NCBI GenBank assembly: GCA_013265495.1
Contig: MU058718.1
Location: 4,423,648 to 4,487,647 of the forward strand
Source of the DNA: Vicugna vicugna
Lineage: Eukaryota
Direction of reading: 5' to 3'
DNA: 64,000 nt
Both the position numbers and the translations under genes were made by a program. Of the stretch, positions 12,001-27,000 are shown in pieces. The number at the start of each line of letters is the position of its first letter. Position 1 is the first letter of the stretch. The notes under the pieces are model-generated. The model searched no databases. It was not told where the DNA came from and saw nothing but the letters and a program-made list of their open reading frames with translations.

Positions 12001-15000
12001 AAAGAACAGAGAAAGAAAAAACAGAGATAAAAGATATTTATAGGGGAACACAAACACAAATGAGAGTGAATTTCTCACCAGAAAAATGGAGATATAATAA
12101 AGGCAAAGTAATAAAAATCTTTAAAGTGCTGAAAGAAAGAAAAGTCTGTGAACTCAATGAGTGGGATAATCACAAGGGAAATTAGAAATTATCTTAAAAT
12201 GAATGAAAATGAAAACACAATAAAATGAAACCTAAGGAATAGAGTGAAGGTGGTGCTCAGAGAGACTCATAAATGCCTACAAATTTAAAAAGCTCTCAAA
12301 TCAACAACATAACTGTACATATTAAGAAATGAGAAGAGCAAACTAAACCCATCGATAACAGAAGGAAACTATAAAAATTAAGGGGAAAGTAAGTAAGATG
12401 GTGAAATAGAAAAACAATAGAGAAAAACAATGAAACCAAAGGTTGGGCCTTTGAAAATATCAACAAAACTGACAAACCTTTAGCTAGGATGACTGAAAAA
12501 AAAAAGTAGAGAAAAACTCAAATTACTAAAATTTGGAATGACAGAGGGGACATTTCTATTAACATCACAGAAATAAAAATTATTATATAAAAAACTGTAT
12601 GCCAACAGACTCCATAATCTAGATGAAACAGAAAAATTCCTGGAAAAACACACAATACCAAAAGTGGCTCATGAAAAAATAGAAAATCTGAATAAACCTC
12701 TAAGAAATAAGGAGATTAAATAAGTAATCCAAAAATCTCCCAACAAAGAAAAGCCCAGGACCAGATGGCTTCAGTGGTAAATTCTATCAAATATTTAAAG
12801 AATTAATACCAACCCTTCTCAAACTTTTCAAAAAACTGAAGAGGTGGGAACACTTCCTAACTCATTCTATGAGCCTAGCATTATTCTGATACTGATGCGA
12901 GACAAAAACACAACAAGAAAAGAAAACTACATATATCTGATAAGGGTTTACTATCCAGAATATATAAAAAACTCCTACAACTCAATAATAAAAAGATAAA
13001 ACAATCCAATTTTTTATAAAAATGGGCAAAGAACTAGAATAGACATTTCCCCCAAGAAGATATACAAATGGCCAAAAAAACACATGATATTGAGCATTTT
13101 TTCATGTGCTTTTTGATCATTTGTATGTCTTCCTTGGAGAATTGCTTGTTTAGGTCTTCTGCCAAAAACACATGAAAAGATGGTCAATGTCATTAGTCAC
13201 TGGGGAAAAACAAACCAGAACTACAATGGATACCACATCACACCCATTACAATGGCTATTATTTAAAAAACAAACAAACAAACAAAAATAGCAAGAGTTG
13301 GCAAGGAGATATTGGAAACTTTATATATTGCCAGTGGAATATAAAATGGCATAGTTACTGTGGTAAACAGTTTGGTTCTCCTCAAAAAGTTAAACATAGA
13401 ATTGTCGTATGACCCAGCAATTCTACTTTTAGGTACATATTCAAAAGAATTAAAAACAGTAACTAAAACAAGATTTGTAAGCCAATATTCACAGCAGCAT
13501 TATTCACAGTAGCCAAAAAGTAGATGCGACCCAAGTGTTCATCAACAGATGAATGGAGAGATAAAATGTAATGTATACAAACAATGGGATATTATTCAGC
13601 CTTAAAGGGGAATGAAGTTCTGATACATACTATAACCTAGTAAATCTTGAAAACATTTTAAGTGAAATCAGCCAGACACCAAAGAACAAATATTGTATGA
13701 TTCCACTTATATGAAATATCCATAATAGGTAAATTCCTGGGGATGAAAAGCAGATTAGAGGATAGGTCTTCTGCCAAAAACACATGAAAAGGAGAAGGGG
13801 TAATGGAGAGGGATTACTTAGTGGGTATATCGTTTTTATTTGAAGTGATGAAAAAGTTTTGAAATTTGATCACAGTGATGGTCACATAACATTGTGAATG
13901 CAACTAATGCCATTAAATTGTACACTTAAATATGGTTAAAATGGCACATTTTATGTTATACATATTTTACCACACACAGCAACATATACATTCTTTTTAA
14001 GTGCAAATGGACCATTCTTCAGGGTAGATCACATGCTATGCCACAAAACAAGTCTCAATAAATTTAAGAACACTGAAATCATATGAAGCATCTTTTCCAA
14101 AAGGCAACCGACTAAATGGGAGAAGCTATTTGCAAATAATATATCCAGTAAGGGGTTAATATACAAAATCTATAAAGAACTCATAGAACTCAATATCAAT
14201 AAAAAACAACCTGATTTTAAAAATGGGGAGAGGATCTGAATAGACATATTTCCAAAGAACATACACAGATGGACAACAGACACATGAAAAGATGCTCAAT
14301 ATCACTAATCATCAGGGAAATGTAAACCCAAACCACAATCAGATGTCACCTCACACCTGTCAGAATGGCTACAATCAAAGACAAGAAATAACAATTGTTG
14401 GTGTGAATGTGGAGAAAAGAGAACCCTCCTGTACTGTTGGTGGGAATGTAAATTAGTACAGCCACTACAGAAAACAGTATGGAGGTTCCCTAAAAACAGA
14501 ATTACCAGTAATTCCACTCCTGAGTATTTAACCAAAGAAAACGAAAACACTTCTTCAAAAAGATATATATACCTCAACATCATTGTAGAATTATTTATAA
14601 TAGCCAAGATATGGAAGCAACCTAAATGTCCATCAACAGATGAATGGATAAAGAAGATGTGGTATAAATATACAATAGAATATGACTCAGCCATAATAAA
14701 GAATAGAATTTTGCTATTCCTGACAACATGGACGGACCTGGAGGGTATTTTGCTAAGTGAAATAAGTCAGAGAAAGACAAATACTGTATGTTTTCACTTA
14801 TGTGTAGAATCTAAAAATTAAAACAAAGAACAAACATGACAATGCAGATACAGAGATCAAACTAGTGGTTGCTAGAGGGGAGGGGTGGGGGACGGGTGAA
14901 ATAGGTGAAGGGGATTCAGAGGTACAAACCACTGGTTATAAAATTTTAAGAATAAACAATAAAATACAAACTTGGGTTCATATCTCATACCATTTACAGG

Positions 15001-18000
15001 TTTTAAAAATGACAAAGTACTAGAAAATACAAGAGAATTAGTTTATAATCTTGGAGTGGAAAAAGCCTTTGAAACTGACTCAAAGTCAAGAATGCACAAA
15101 AGAAATTACTGATAAATTTACCTAAATAACAGTTTTAAAAAGCTGTTTAATACATGCAAAATACATTTAAAGTAAAGTCAAAAGACAAATTGACAACCCG
15201 GGAAAAATGTTTTCATATCATATCACAGTCAAACACTAATCTCTTTATACATAAATAACTCCCAGAAATTAAGGTTGTAAATGCCAACAATCAAACAAAA
15301 TAATTAGCAAAGGATATTTTTCTCAGTTCAAAGAAAAAGAAAAAAAAATTGCCCATAAACATACGAAATCTCAAATAAGACTAAGACATCATGCCTCACC
15401 TATCAATTTGGCAAACAGAAAAACAAATTTCTCAGCAAACTCTTGGGAAGCCTGTGGAGAAAAAGGCACTCCACTGTTGATGATGTAAAATGGCACAATT
15501 TTTGGAGGAAAAGTTGGCAAAATCTAATGTTATGGATTGAATCGCACCCCCCTCCCCCAAAAGCGTATGTTGAAGTCTAATCCCATGTCTTAGGAGGTGA
15601 CCTTAGAGACAGGATCTTTATAGAGGCATTCAAGTGAGAATGAAGTCATTAGGGTAGGCCCTCATCCAATATGACTTCTTACAAAAGGGCAGTTCTTGTG
15701 TTCTTACAAAAAGGGAAAATCTGGAGACAGACAAGCACACACAGAGAGGATGTTAAGTGACTATAAAGGCACAGATCAGAGTGATGCTTCTCCATATTAA
15801 AGATGGCCAACAGATCACCAGAAGCTAGGGAAGAGGCAGGAAAGAGATTCTTCCTCAAAACCCAGAGAATGAACCAACCCTGTTGACACCTTGATCTTAG
15901 ACTTCAAGCCTCCAGAACCATGAGCCAATACATTTCTGTTGTTTAAGTCACTCAGTTTATAGAACTCTGTCACAGCAGCCCTAGCAAACAGTTATCACAA
16001 CTATATAGTATTACCCTTTGACCCAGAAATAAAATTCTGAAATTTTATTCAACAAATAGGTCTGCAATCATATGTATATACACATAAAGATATTCATTAA
16101 AGCATAGTTTGTAATAGCAAAGTAAGGGAAATAATCCAAATGTTGTTTCATCTATAGGGGAAAGGTTAAATAAACCATGGTATACCCACACAGGAGAATG
16201 CTATGCAGCTGTAAAGACAAACAAACAAAAAACAAATAAGCTTTCTAACTAAAGATACAGAAAGATGAAAGTTCTCCAAGGTATACCGCTGAGTAAAAGA
16301 ATCGGCAGGATGCAGAACAATGTACAGAGTGTGCCAACATTTGTGTAAGGAGCAGGCAGAAAAGAGCAATATGTATAAACATCCATCCCGCCATATGTTT
16401 GAATGTATTTGCTTCTATCTGCATAAAGTAACACTGATGGAAGCTGTTCCCATACTTGCCTGCATCTTGGAATCACCCAAGAAGCTTTAAAAAGTCATAT
16501 CCCCAGTGACTGTAATTTAATTAGTCTGGGTATCACCTGGGCTCCAGAGCTTTCAAAAGATCCCCAGATTATTCCTATGGCAGACAAATTTGGGAACCAC
16601 TGCTGTGAGAATATAAAAGATATTAGTAAAAGTAGCTATTTGTGCTTGTGTGGGGTGGGAATAGGGTGATGGGGACAGGAGTGGGAGCCAGACTTTTCAT
16701 TGTGTACTTTTTAATATGGTTTTGATTTTTTAACCATGTGACTATATTAACTATTCAGAAAATTAAATTAAATAGTAGAGTAATTTAACAAAAAACCAAA
16801 TGGTTGCTTCCACCATGTTTATTTTTATGACATGGCTCTTATCCAGGGTTCAAAACTGCCCTTATCACCAGTGTCAAAACAAGTTTGTAACTATATCTTG
16901 AAAAAAATTCAGATTTTTCAAGCTTTCTCAATTTTGGTCACAAGCTATCATCTTTCCCTGAGTGCAGTTAATGAGATGATTTTGATGCATTACCTGTCTT
17001 CATATACCCAGCAGGAAAGTTTATCACGTGGTGTGGGTGGCTGACCTTCAAAATTGGTGATTTTTTCCCAAACGTAGGTTCCATCTCTTGCTCTCAAATT
17101 AACAAAATAAAGCTTTTAAAAGAGGAGAACACCATTAGCAGACAGGGCATCGGAAAATTAAATATATGTCAGAGGGATATGTGATCCAAAAATTAATAAT
17201 ATTACTTTTTTTCTAATTAAAAGGTAAAAAGTTTTAAATTGTAGAGTTAATGAAAATGAGACCATCTTTTAGAAGCAAAAATAATTTATAAAACATACTG
17301 AAATGGATCTTTCTCCATCACATTCTTGCCCTATGGATATCAGCTAAGTGTGTAGCTCGGTCTGAAGTAGAAAGACACGACAGAGGAGAGGGCACAACTG
17401 CTGCATTTCTCTATCTTGAAAACTTTTTCATCATAAACTCAAGCTTTTGTACAGATGTCTTCTTATTAAAGTATTTGTAAACTTGTGAGATGAAGTGATA
17501 CATTAAACATTACATTTTTCTGCACTCCTGAACTGAAAAAAAAAATTACTCGATTGCTGTATCCTTTGTCATCATATCCTCCAAAAACGTACAGCTTTCC
17601 ATTAATGCAGGCACCGCAGCTTCCTGACATGGAGGTAGGGAGCTCTCCTTCCATGAGGTGCATGGTCCTGCAGCAAGAATAACGTGGAATTCCGTAACTC
17701 TCCAAGAAGGCAAATTATAATTCCCTTTGAGCTCCATGAGTACTTTTTCCATGAAAGTTGTCACTGGCAATTACAATTAAAAGGTAATAGCAGCCAATAC
17801 TGTAAAAACTGTAAGAAGACCCACGGTAAAGATTTTTCAACCTACTGGGAAAAAAAAATCACAGAGTCTTCATGTCTCATCAGAACTGGGAATCAGTTAG
17901 TAGAACAAAGTCTTTAGAGACAGCCTTAGCCTTGAGAGGAATGGTAAAAGGACAAACAATGGAGAGACAAAGGGAGCTGGGGAAAGGAAGAGCCAGAGAG

Positions 18001-21000
18001 ATTAAAGCATTGAAAGACAAGAAAAGAGAGAGAGTACAATGTTGTAGTATGTTCTTAGTATGGTCTCAAATTCCCTGTAGTCTATGAAAACATTTATAAA
18101 AGATATTTAGATCAGACATTCTGCAATTTAAAATTACTTACCACAACCCACTATCAATATCATAGGTCCAAATCTCATCATTAGGCAAATACACTTCATT
18201 GTCTTCAATAGACTAAAAACATAGAATACATAAAATTATGTTTATTAATTACAAGCAACAACTAAATAGTTCCTCAGGATGGGAAAACTGCAATGAAAAT
18301 AGTACAAAACAAAAAACCATCCACAGCATCAAAGACGTTTTTTTCAATAGAAATTAAGGTAGATCAAAAGAGAAGGGTAAGAGAGACATTTTCCAAGAGG
18401 AAGTGGGCAAACAATAAGGGTTTAGAATTCAAAATAGCAAGTACATGAGTCTCAAGAAGACTCAGGGCAGTTAAACCTGAGGAAGGGATTTCAAGTAAGG
18501 AAAAATAGCAAAATAATAATATTAGAGCAGAATATCGAAGACTATGACTCCAGGAAGAAAAGGAATGTCAGAAAAGGGCAGTAAGTTTGGGGTGAAGGGA
18601 AGGCATTAAGAAAGGAAATTTTTATGAAGTATAATTAAGACTACTGTGTCATATACCTTGACTCACTGAATATATTTTTTGAGTGCCTACTATGTCCAAG
18701 GCATAGTGTTCATTAAATATAGAATCTAAGGATCGAGATAAATTTAGCTAGTCAAAATGACAACTAGGAATCGGAATAATTTCTGAAGAAGCTGAAAACA
18801 TAAATAGAATAGTACATTTTGACATTTATGATGAAAAGAGAAATAAGAATAGAATAACAACTTTCTTTATGTTTAAAAACTTAGGGGTTAAAATAAATGC
18901 TTACACAAATCTGTCGTGATTACTTAGAATTCTATAAAATAACACAAAAATAGCTAGTTTTAAAATATATCAGTTTAAGTACCACAGTAAAGGTATTAAA
19001 AAAAAAAAAGACATGGGGGAGGGTGTAGTTCAGTGGTAGAACACATGCCTAGCATGCACGAGGTCCTGGGTTCAATCCCCAGTACCGCCATTAAAATAAA
19101 TTAATTAATTAAAGCTAATTACCTCCCCCTGTTTAAAAAAAAAGATGTCAGTTTAAGAATTTCTAAGAGTGTATAATGCATAAATTATTAACATGCTAAG
19201 AAAATTTAAGTAATTTTCTCACTGCTATATTAGTTTAATTTTTAAAATAGTATATTGACTACCAGGTCCATCTGTGTCTGTATCTCTCTTTTTCCCCACT
19301 CTTTCTCTCTCACACACACATTGCAGAAAACCATTCTATTAATTCTAAGGAAACTTCCACTCATGTCTGACTGAGGAAATCATATTCGATGGCTAAGTAA
19401 ATAAATAATTTTAAGAAGGGAAGTTAATTGTATGATTCTAAGGTTTAATGGCATCAGGCTCTAGAAGCCTCATGCACACACCTTTTACAACAGAAATAGT
19501 CTGGAAAAGGATTTTGTCACTATTCTGCTTAGGTCCCTTCAATGCTTCCCTATTGCTCTCAGGATAGTCTACAATCCTTATGATTCTGGGCTATACCGTA
19601 CCTGTTATCCCTCCAAAGTTCTTGCCTTTCACTCATTATGCTCCTGTCTTCTTTCAGTTTCTAAACCCATGAAAGTTCCTTGCTGCAGTAAGACCTTCAT
19701 CTATGCTCTTCTCTCTTCTTGGAATGCTCTCCCGGTATCTGTCTGGCTAATTACTCTTTCTTTGGGAATCACTTTAAATTGTACTTCTCTAATCTCCCAG
19801 AATAAGGTTAAGGGATTAAGGTCCCTGTTAAATACTCTCATAAGCCCTGTCCTTCCCCTTCCAAGTCCTTAGTCTGATACCCAGCTACCACCACCACCAT
19901 GGTATATGCTTTATGAGTGCATAGATAGTGTTTATTTTGTTGTAATTCTGTTCCCAGAATCTAGCATAGTGACTTGCACATAAAAGGCATATATTTGTGG
20001 ATTGAGTGAGTGAATGGGTACATCAATATTACCTGTTAAACTGAATGCATGCTCATCTCATGAAAAGAAAAGTCCCTTTCACTAATCTTTAAAAGGGGTA
20101 TTGCAAAAACACAAATGAAGCATAGAACTGAAAAATCTGGACCTAGTTCCTTCTTACTTTCTCAGCAATTTTACTCCTAAATTATCCCTTCTTTCCTCCA
20201 CCATCCGTTTTTCCTTCTCTACTAGATCATTCTTATCAGTACCTAAACATGCCTTGATGTTACTCATCTTTTTAAAAACAAAAAAACTCTTCCATAACCC
20301 CTTCTCTTATTTTCTGTGCCCTTCACAACAAAACTTCCATACTGAGTTAACTGTAGTGGAAGTCTCCATTACTTCACCTCTCACTACCTCACTAATCCAG
20401 ACTAATCAACCCAGATTCATTTCACTAAAATTGCTCTTGTCAAGATCACCCTAAAAAAGAGAATTAGTGAACTAATTCATTCAGAAACACAGCCCAGAGA
20501 GATGGAATATATAAAAAAGAAGTTCAGAGACATGGAGGAGGAGAGAGAACTAAGTCTAACCAGAATCACACTAGGGTGTAATAGAGAGAACGAGGGTGAG
20601 GCAGTATTTGAAGAGACAAAGCCTGAGAGTTTTGCAAGATTGTTGGAAGTCATCAATCCTGAGATCTAGGAAGTCCTAACAAGTTCCAAAGCAGGATAAA
20701 TAAATAGAAATCCATACCTACATACATCATAATAAAACTATATACCAAAGAAAAAGATACATTCTTTAAAACTGCTGGAGAAAAGACAGATCACCTTCAA
20801 ATGAATGAAAACTGATGACTGACTTCTCATTAGCTACAACGCAAGACTAAATAAAATTAGCCAATGTGCTTAATGATAGTAGCTGTCCACCTGGAATTCT
20901 ATACCAAGTGACATGACCTTTTAAGAATCAAGGAAAGAAATTTTCAAACAAAAGCTGAGACAGCTGGCCAATAACAGACAACCCCTTAAAGAAATTCTAA

Positions 21001-24000
21001 AAGATGTAGTGCAAAAGAAAAATGATCAAAATTAAACATCTGAAATGCAACAAGCAATATTACGACAAGATACTGGTAAAGTGTGTGCATAAATTTAAAC
21101 ATATAAAAAATATGGCTAGCCTTTTTTTGATGCCTAATTTGAGGTGGGGAGAACAGGATAGGACTAACTAGGGGGAAAGGATGATCAGACTTAAAAGTTC
21201 CTAAAGTACTTGAACCCTATGGAAAGAAGTAAAATCATTAACTTTGAATTCTGTGAAAGATTCATGCTGAGATAGAGTAGCCACCAGATGACTAGAAATA
21301 AATCATCTAATTTCTATACAAAGAAAAAAATGGAAAGAAACAGAAAACTCCTCAAACAATCCTCAAAATGTGAAAGTTAATGAAAGAGGAGGAGGAGAAA
21401 TGGAGAGCAGCAAACATAAAACACATTTTAAGAAAAAATATTTCAGAATTACAGTAAGAAGAAATAAGCTGAACTCTCCAGATAAAGTCAGACTGGATAA
21501 AAATAAGATCCAATTTTTTTCAGGTTATAAGACACATATCTAAAATATACAGATACACAAAATTTCCATCAGAGAGTGGGAAAAGATATGCCATGCAAAT
21601 ACTAGCCAAATAAAGCTAGTGTAGCTGTATTATCACTGGCAAAATAGATTTCAAGGCAAATAACATTACTACAGATAAAGAGGATCATTACAAAATCATG
21701 AAGTGTTTGATTAACTGGAAAGGTATAAGAATTCTAAATTCATATACACCCAAAAACGTAGTCTTAAGTCTCAGAAAGAATGAATTGAGCATCCAACTTC
21801 AGAAGTTCAAGAAGTGACAGCACAATAAACCCATAAAGTGTAGGAGGAAATAAAAAGGAATAGATATTAATGGAAAAAAAATACGATAGAGAGAATCAAG
21901 TAAACCAAAAGCTAGTGTTTCTGAAGGCTACAAAACATCTGTCAAGATTACTCATGGGGGCGAGGAAGGAAGGGAAGCATCACTTGACAATTTCAAGGAA
22001 TGGAAAAGGGGCCTTATCTATAGTTACTACAGAGATTAAAATAGTTTTATGAGCAATTTGAGTTTATGCCAATGAACTTTAAAACCTAAATGAAATGGAC
22101 AGACTCCTGGGGCTGGAGGTGGCAGTGAGGGAAATAAGAATAATCCCGTAACTTTAAAGAGATTGAATTGGAGGTCTAAAACCTCCCCCGCAAAGTACCG
22201 GGCCCAGATGGCTGTACAGATGAGTTTTTCTAAACATTCAAAGAACAAGTAATTCAATCTTCAAAAAAAATCTATTCCAGGACATAAAAGAAGGAAGACT
22301 ACCAAATCCACTTATGCAAAGATGTAAAATGCCTTTAAAGCTAATTAGCAAACAGGATCTACTGATGTATTAAAAAAAAAAGTATTACACTAACTTGAGC
22401 TTAATCCAAGGAATGGAACACTGGTTTAATATTACAAAATTACTTATATAAATCATCACATTAAGAGATTAAAGGAGAAAAAATATGATTAGCTCTGTAT
22501 GACACACAAAAAAGTCACTCTCCAAAATTCAACATTCATTCAGTGAAAACTGGATAGAAGGGAACATCCCTAATTTGAAAAAGGCCATCTACAAATAAAC
22601 AAGTAGAACCCTAAAGCAAATATCAAACTTAATGGTTAATAGTTGAAAACAATCCCTCTGAGATTAGAAGCAAGGAAAAAGAAAAAAGGTTTCTGTTTAA
22701 CACTGTACTTTAGGTCCACCAGTATAGTAAAGAAAAGGAAAGAAAAAGGAATAAAGATTAAGATGGAAGAAACAAAACTGTCATCACTTTTAGATTATGT
22801 GACTACATAGAAAATAAAAAAGATAATTAACAGATAAATTATGAGAATTAATGTAAGTTGAGAAAGCTTACCATAATCAAAAATATTCAAAAGTCAACTG
22901 TATTTCAAAACACTAGCAACAATCAAGAAATTTTATTGTTAAAAAATTAACAATAAAAATACAAACAACCTAAGAATAAACTCAACAAAACATGTACAAG
23001 ATTCCTAAGAAGAGACTAAAAAACTTTATTGAAAGACATCACAAAGTCCTTAATAGAGAGATATACTATATACTTGGATTTGAAGTCTCAGTTTCATGTC
23101 TATCACCCTTTAATGATCTAAAGATTGAGTAGAACAACATAAAATCCCCATAGGGTAGTTTATTTGACAGTCTGATTCTAAAGTTTATACAAATAAGGAA
23201 GCACTGTAGAAAACAATTTGGCTATTCCTCTGGAAGTTCAATGTAGAATAGCCATATGACCCAGCAATTTCACTCCTAGGTACCCAATAGAATTGAAAAT
23301 AGGGGCTCAGATACCAATCTTCATATCTGCATTATTCACAATACACAAGGTGCCAATAACCCAAGTGTCCCAACAACAGATGAATGGATAAACAAAATGT
23401 GGTATATGCATACAATGTAATCTTATTCACCTTAAAAAAGAATGAAGTGTTTATACATACTGCAACATAGATGAAGCTTGAAAACATCATGCTAAGTAAA
23501 ATAAGCCAGACTCAAAAAGACAAACATTCCATTTTTATGAAACCTCTAGAAAAAGGCAAATTCATAAAGACAGAAATATTAGAAGTTACCAGGCAAGAAG
23601 AGTTTCTGTTTGGAGTAATAAAGAGTTATGGAACGAGACAGTGGTAACATTGTACACCATTGTGAATGTAATTAATGCCACCAGATTGTATACTAACCTG
23701 GTTAAAATGGCAAATTGTTTTATGTATTTTACTCTAAATTAAAAATAGTAAAGAATAAGTATATAAAAGAACAAACAGCCCTAAACAGTATTCTTGAAGA
23801 ACAAGAATGGGGATGACGCTTTCCCCACCCAACATTTAGACTTCTGGTAAAGCTGCTGTCATTTAGATATTGTGGTTCTGTCACAAGAATATACAAACAG
23901 ACCAACAGGACAGAATAAAGAACCAAGAAACAGATCACACATACATGAAAACTTCAATGTGTGGCAGACTGAGTTTGCATGTTAGCAGGGAAAGAGGGGG

Positions 24001-27000
24001 GACTATTTAATATGACACAAGAACAACTGGTTATTCATATTGAAAATACAATGAAATTGGATCCCTACCTTAAACCAACCAAACAACAAATTTTAGATTA
24101 AAAATAAAAATTAAAACATTGAAGGCAAAACTGAAAATTATTTAGAAGACAATATAGGAGACTTTATGATCTCCACATTAGGAAAGATTTCTTAAGATGC
24201 AGGAAGCACAAAACATCAAGGAAAAGACTGAAATCAAAACTAAGACCTGTTCTTTGATAACTATGTATGTTTAAAAAGCTAAAGATCTAACCTGTTCTTA
24301 GAAGCAATAATTAGTACATATATGTAAACTACAAAAATGTGCAGTATACTGTATATATGTATTCACATGCAATATAATGTGTATGTGCAATCAGACTGTA
24401 ATAATCCTACCTGATAAAACTGAAAAAGGAGGGGAAAAAACTAAGACCTGTCGAACAAAAGACAATCATCAAGAAAGTACAAAGATAAACTACAAACTGA
24501 GAAGACATATTTAACTCATACAACTATATAAAGAATTTCTGTAAGTCAGTAATGAATAGACAACTCAACAAACAAATGAGGAAAAGACATAAAACAGCAT
24601 ATTTGCAGAAAAGGAAACACTAATAGTCCATAAAGCTATCAAAAGACACTCAATTTTATTAGAAATCAAGGAAAGCAAACAAAAACCACAGTGAAATAAT
24701 ACCATCTCACACTCACTGGGTTGGCAAAAAATTTAAGGCCAGATGGTATCAAATGTTGTCAAGGATGTGGAGCAAGGAGGAGGCTGGTGGGAGTGTAAAT
24801 TGATACAAACATTTTGGCAACACTGACATTTCCAAGTAAACCTGGAGTTGTGTGTACCAAGACCCAGCAGTCCATTCCTTGGTATGTGTACTGGAGAGTG
24901 TACATGCCCTTCTGCATGTATAATAGGAGACATGTTCCAAGAATGCTCAATGTAGCACGGATTACAATTCCAAAAACACCCCCTGAAACATTCAAATATT
25001 CATCAATAGTGGAACAGATAAGAAATCACACTAAATTCACACAATAGACTATTATATTATACAGGACACACATAGAATGAATGAATCTAGGGATGATTTT
25101 CAAAATATTTAATAACCGGGCAGCACAGAAACTGACCAAGCAGAATGAACATCAAAGTAAACACAGGTACAGCCATCTGAGTGCATACCAGCTGAATACA
25201 AGCAATGTCTGAATCTAAAAAACACAATGTTAACTAAAAGAATTAAGTCATGAAAGAAACACATGCTATAATTCAAAAACCAAATAATATATTGTTCAGA
25301 AACAGATGCATGTGTGGCAAAACTATAAAGAAAATAGTGATTAACAAGAAATCAAAATAGTGGTACCCTGTGAGGGTGGGAGGAACAACGTAATCAGTGA
25401 AGGATAAACAGGAAGCTTCTAAGGTACTGATTCTAGCTGATTTCTTAATCTGGAAGTTAAACGTGACAGTTATTTTACATATTCTTTTGTACATACATTT
25501 GAAATTTTAAAATTAAAAATTAAAATTTTAAGAAATGAACACTGGGCAGCTCACAGAATCATCAGGAAAGCTGGAGAACCAGCCTCCGATCTATGTAAAG
25601 AGGAGCAAGGTCTAAGTCCTTCTTGAGAATAGGTCTTGTGTGCTAACTGCTGCAGGCACTGGTGAGCATCACACTATAGCTTGTAGCACTGCCTTTTCTG
25701 CCGGGTACCTTATCCTCCTAAAATCCTACTGCTGGGTAAGAATCCTCTTCAGGTCCTAATTTTTACATCTTTATTCCTGAGTCCAAATCTAGCACAGATA
25801 ATTTAACCAACAGCATCCAAGCTACTTGCTCACAATCTAGCTGCAAGGGAGGCTGGAAAAGTACCTGGCACTCAGGTTCTTTTCTATTGAGCACCTACTA
25901 TGAACTATGCCCAATACTAGACACTGGGGACACAACAGGAAAACAAAATCTCTACCTTTATAGAATATAGATTTTATCAAGGTAGATGGAAGGTACTCAG
26001 AGAACTAAAATAAATACACCAACATGATTCACTCAATGGGGATACTACGAGAAAAGGAGATTCAAATTCTGGGCATCTACAAATACATGTCTTCCACATA
26101 ACATGGTTGGTGTATGTGTGACCAACTATGAATATATGATGGGGAACTACTAAGTTAAAGAAATACACGGCTTTAAAAACACATTGCTAAATTTCTCTTC
26201 AAAAAAGGTTACACAAATCTGTGCTCCCATGACCAGTGCATGAATAATTCACTTCCCCATGCTCTTCACAAAAATTCTTTGTAATATCTGCAAACTGGAG
26301 AAGAGAAATTTCATTTTTTCAGCTGGATTTCTTTGATTCCTATTTCATTCCTATTTCTTCTTTTGTAAATTGCTTGTGCATATCAATTGCTCATTTTTCA
26401 AGAGCCATTGCTTTATTTTTACAGAACCTTTGTCTATCATATACGTTGCAAATACCTTCCCCAGTCTACCTTCTCATTTTATGGTGTTTAGAAAGCACAG
26501 ATTTTAATTTTTTAGAACTTTGATCTACCAATATTTCTCCCTTATCGTTTTTTTCCCAATTCATTTTTCTATTCCCAACTCAAGATATTACAAGTATCAC
26601 ATATTTTCTGCTGGTACTGTACAGCTTAATTTCTGTACGGTTAATTTGTGAATCCCAAAACTCCACTATCACTATGTTCCAACTGTCTCAGGATCATTTA
26701 TTGAATAAACACTTGTTTTTCTAGAATTGAAATGTTACTTTTTATATACAAAATAGTCTTACATGCTTGGCTGTTTATGTAGTTTCTTTTCCATTTCATC
26801 ATACCATCTCAACTAGCATCAAGACCACTGACTTAATTATTACAGTATCATAGTATGTTTTAATATCCAGTACTGTAAGTCTCCAAATCTTCTCATTTTC
26901 TAAATTGATTCTTCTTCCCTTTAAGTCATTATTAAAACAGAAATACACAGTTAAGCAGACTTGTGCAGATACTTTCTATAAGGAAAACTTAAGGGCAAAA

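Noticed and set aside
14305..14694. 129-aa minus-strand ORF (and the similar ORFs at 36040 and 36691)
   Set aside because: Antisense reading frames of L1 ORF2/3' UTR, a common source of spurious ORFs.
25088..25208. Possible short hAT-type non-autonomous element inside the L1
   Set aside because: Termini and the putative 8-bp TSD are too degraded to call from sequence alone.
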